Source: Synechococcus sp. (lineage in GTDB: Bacteria; Cyanobacteriota; Cyanobacteriia; Thermostichales; PCC-7336). Taken from it: DNA of 18,662 bases. Positions 17,536-18,662 of this stretch are shown one piece after another. The notes beneath the pieces are model-generated. The model was not told where the DNA came from, did not search any database, and saw only the letters and a list, made by a program, of their open reading frames with translations. The translations under genes and the position numbers were made by a program. The stretch lies in the NCBI GenBank assembly GCA_051439605.1, contig JBFRWN010000053.1, positions 1-18,662 on the forward strand, read 5' to 3'. Position 1 is the stretch's first letter. Every line of letters starts with the position of its first letter.

Positions 17536-18046
17536 TGGGATATTACCTAATCACTAAACGTCCTAGCCAATGGGGCTAGTGATGAAACTGGCAGACTCAA
17601 TATTTCAAAGGCCAACTACTTCTAAGGAATTTTCATTGGCAAGGAACGTAAATGTCCAACTTTAACGCTATCAACCTTGACGGCAAGAATGCTGGTCTAT
17701 TAACACCTACTGATGGTTCCATTCAATGCATAACTAACTGCTGCAACGCGGAACCATGCAGATTGTTATTAGAAGCCCGCATTCACATACAAGATCGTAC
17801 CAGCTACAAACAGCAGGTCAATTGGGCTCAAAGATTTGTTATACCAAGCAGACAGATTCACAAATAATCATTTTGTTGTTGAGAGGGACGTCAAAGTATA
17901 AAGTTAAACTTTCTTGGATTGTGTCAACAATTCTGGATAGTGGATTGAGTCCATACTGTCATCTTGGCGTAGGTAAGAGACTTACTAAGATAGCAACAGT
18001 TCTAAATGAGTTTTAGTAGGAGATATTGCATCGAAGTTTGCAGAAG

Positions 18047-18081
18047 AAAAGCCCCCTCACATCAATTGAAGGGGCTTTTTT
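18047..18081. terminator. intrinsic terminator, potentially bidirectional
   Basis: AAAA-GCCCC-C-TCA-(CATCAAT)-TGA-A-GGGGC-TTTTTT, giving U tracts on both strands. Confidence 0.75.
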
Positions 18082-18250
18082 AGAGTGCGGAAGGGAGAGC
18101 ATTGCTAGAACGATAAAGCTGAGAAGCATGTTTTTGGGCTTGGTTCAGAAGGGGGTTACGGTCTGAGAGACATTTCCGGAGAAATCAGCAATTATTCTGT
18201 GGGGTTAGCGAGCACTGAAGCCTGAGTGGAGATACTCGGTGATTGGTGTG

Positions 18251-18662
18251 GTGCGACGTGAAAGTCGTGTGTCTAGCGCAAATGCGCAAATGACTGGGGA
18301 GCCTTCTCCCTCGGAGACTTCCTTCTCTCCGTTCCTACGTAAAAGGGTCGATGACCCTGCCTACAGCAGGACTCAGTAATGAGACTGTTGGAAAGCAAGG
18401 CACGAAAGAGCATCGTGCTGAGAGCCTAACTTGGTTCGATGGGCAAAGGAAAGACCGAAGGATGGGTTAACGAAAGTGAATCATCCCAAGCCTCGTGATC
18501 ACCAAAAGGTGAAATCAGGCTGATACACCTTGACCAAAATGGTAAGTGGGTTGGCTATGGCTTTCACACCGGTCATAGCGAAGGAACAAGACTCCCACCG
18601 GGGTAGAGATGGAACCCAACTCGGTCGCAGGTCAAACGCACGGAACACGGTAAGCCCTATAG
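18251..18662 (+). mobile_element. group II intron (subgroup IIB, probably class CL1), 5' part: domain I and start of domain II, truncated by the window end
   Basis: 5' boundary GTGCGAC followed by GTGAAAGTCG. Domain I closing helix GTGTGT (18267-18272)/ACGCAC (18636-18641), then the typical GGAAC-ACGGTAAGCCC. The Id3 stem GCTATGGC/GTCATAGC has CACACC in its loop, complementary to the exon end GGTGTG. No long ORF in the region. Confidence 0.88.

Noticed and set aside
18047..18251. Class C (IIC) intron inserted behind a terminator
   Set aside because: The terminator is ~170 nt from the junction rather than adjacent. The ~390-nt domain I and 6-nt EBS1 fit subgroup IIB.

Overview
Cyanobacterial chromosomal DNA: at least 13 HIP1 octamers (GCGATCGC), a pentapeptide-repeat gene and cyanobacterial protein families. 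Left to right it holds a frameshifted Rpn/DUF2887-DUF4351 gene, an SDR oxidoreductase, a small membrane-protein ORF, a Coq4-family gene in an AT-richer patch, an MsbA-like ABC half-transporter and arfB. Next come a pentapeptide-repeat protein preceded by a 37-aa membrane micro-protein missing from the ORF track, a LOG-family protein, a CopD-like membrane protein and an epoxide-hydrolase-like alpha/beta hydrolase. The right half has an sbcD-sbcC (Mre11-Rad50-like) pair, a priming phosphoglycosyltransferase (PGT), an Sll0314/Alr1548-type TPR protein, an intrinsic terminator and the 5' part of a group IIB intron running off the right edge. Four observations stand out. (1) The PGT's N-terminus consists of four degenerate MshEN-like motifs, suggesting cyclic-dinucleotide control of the first step of polysaccharide synthesis. 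(2) SbcC has no CXXC zinc hook, and both coiled-coil arms carry matching ~130 and ~137-aa internal duplications. (3) The rpn gene's nuclease frame is broken by one base while the putative internal antitoxin frame is intact. (4) The intron's EBS1 loop pairs perfectly with its 5' exon. All calls come from reading motifs by eye; no database searches were run.
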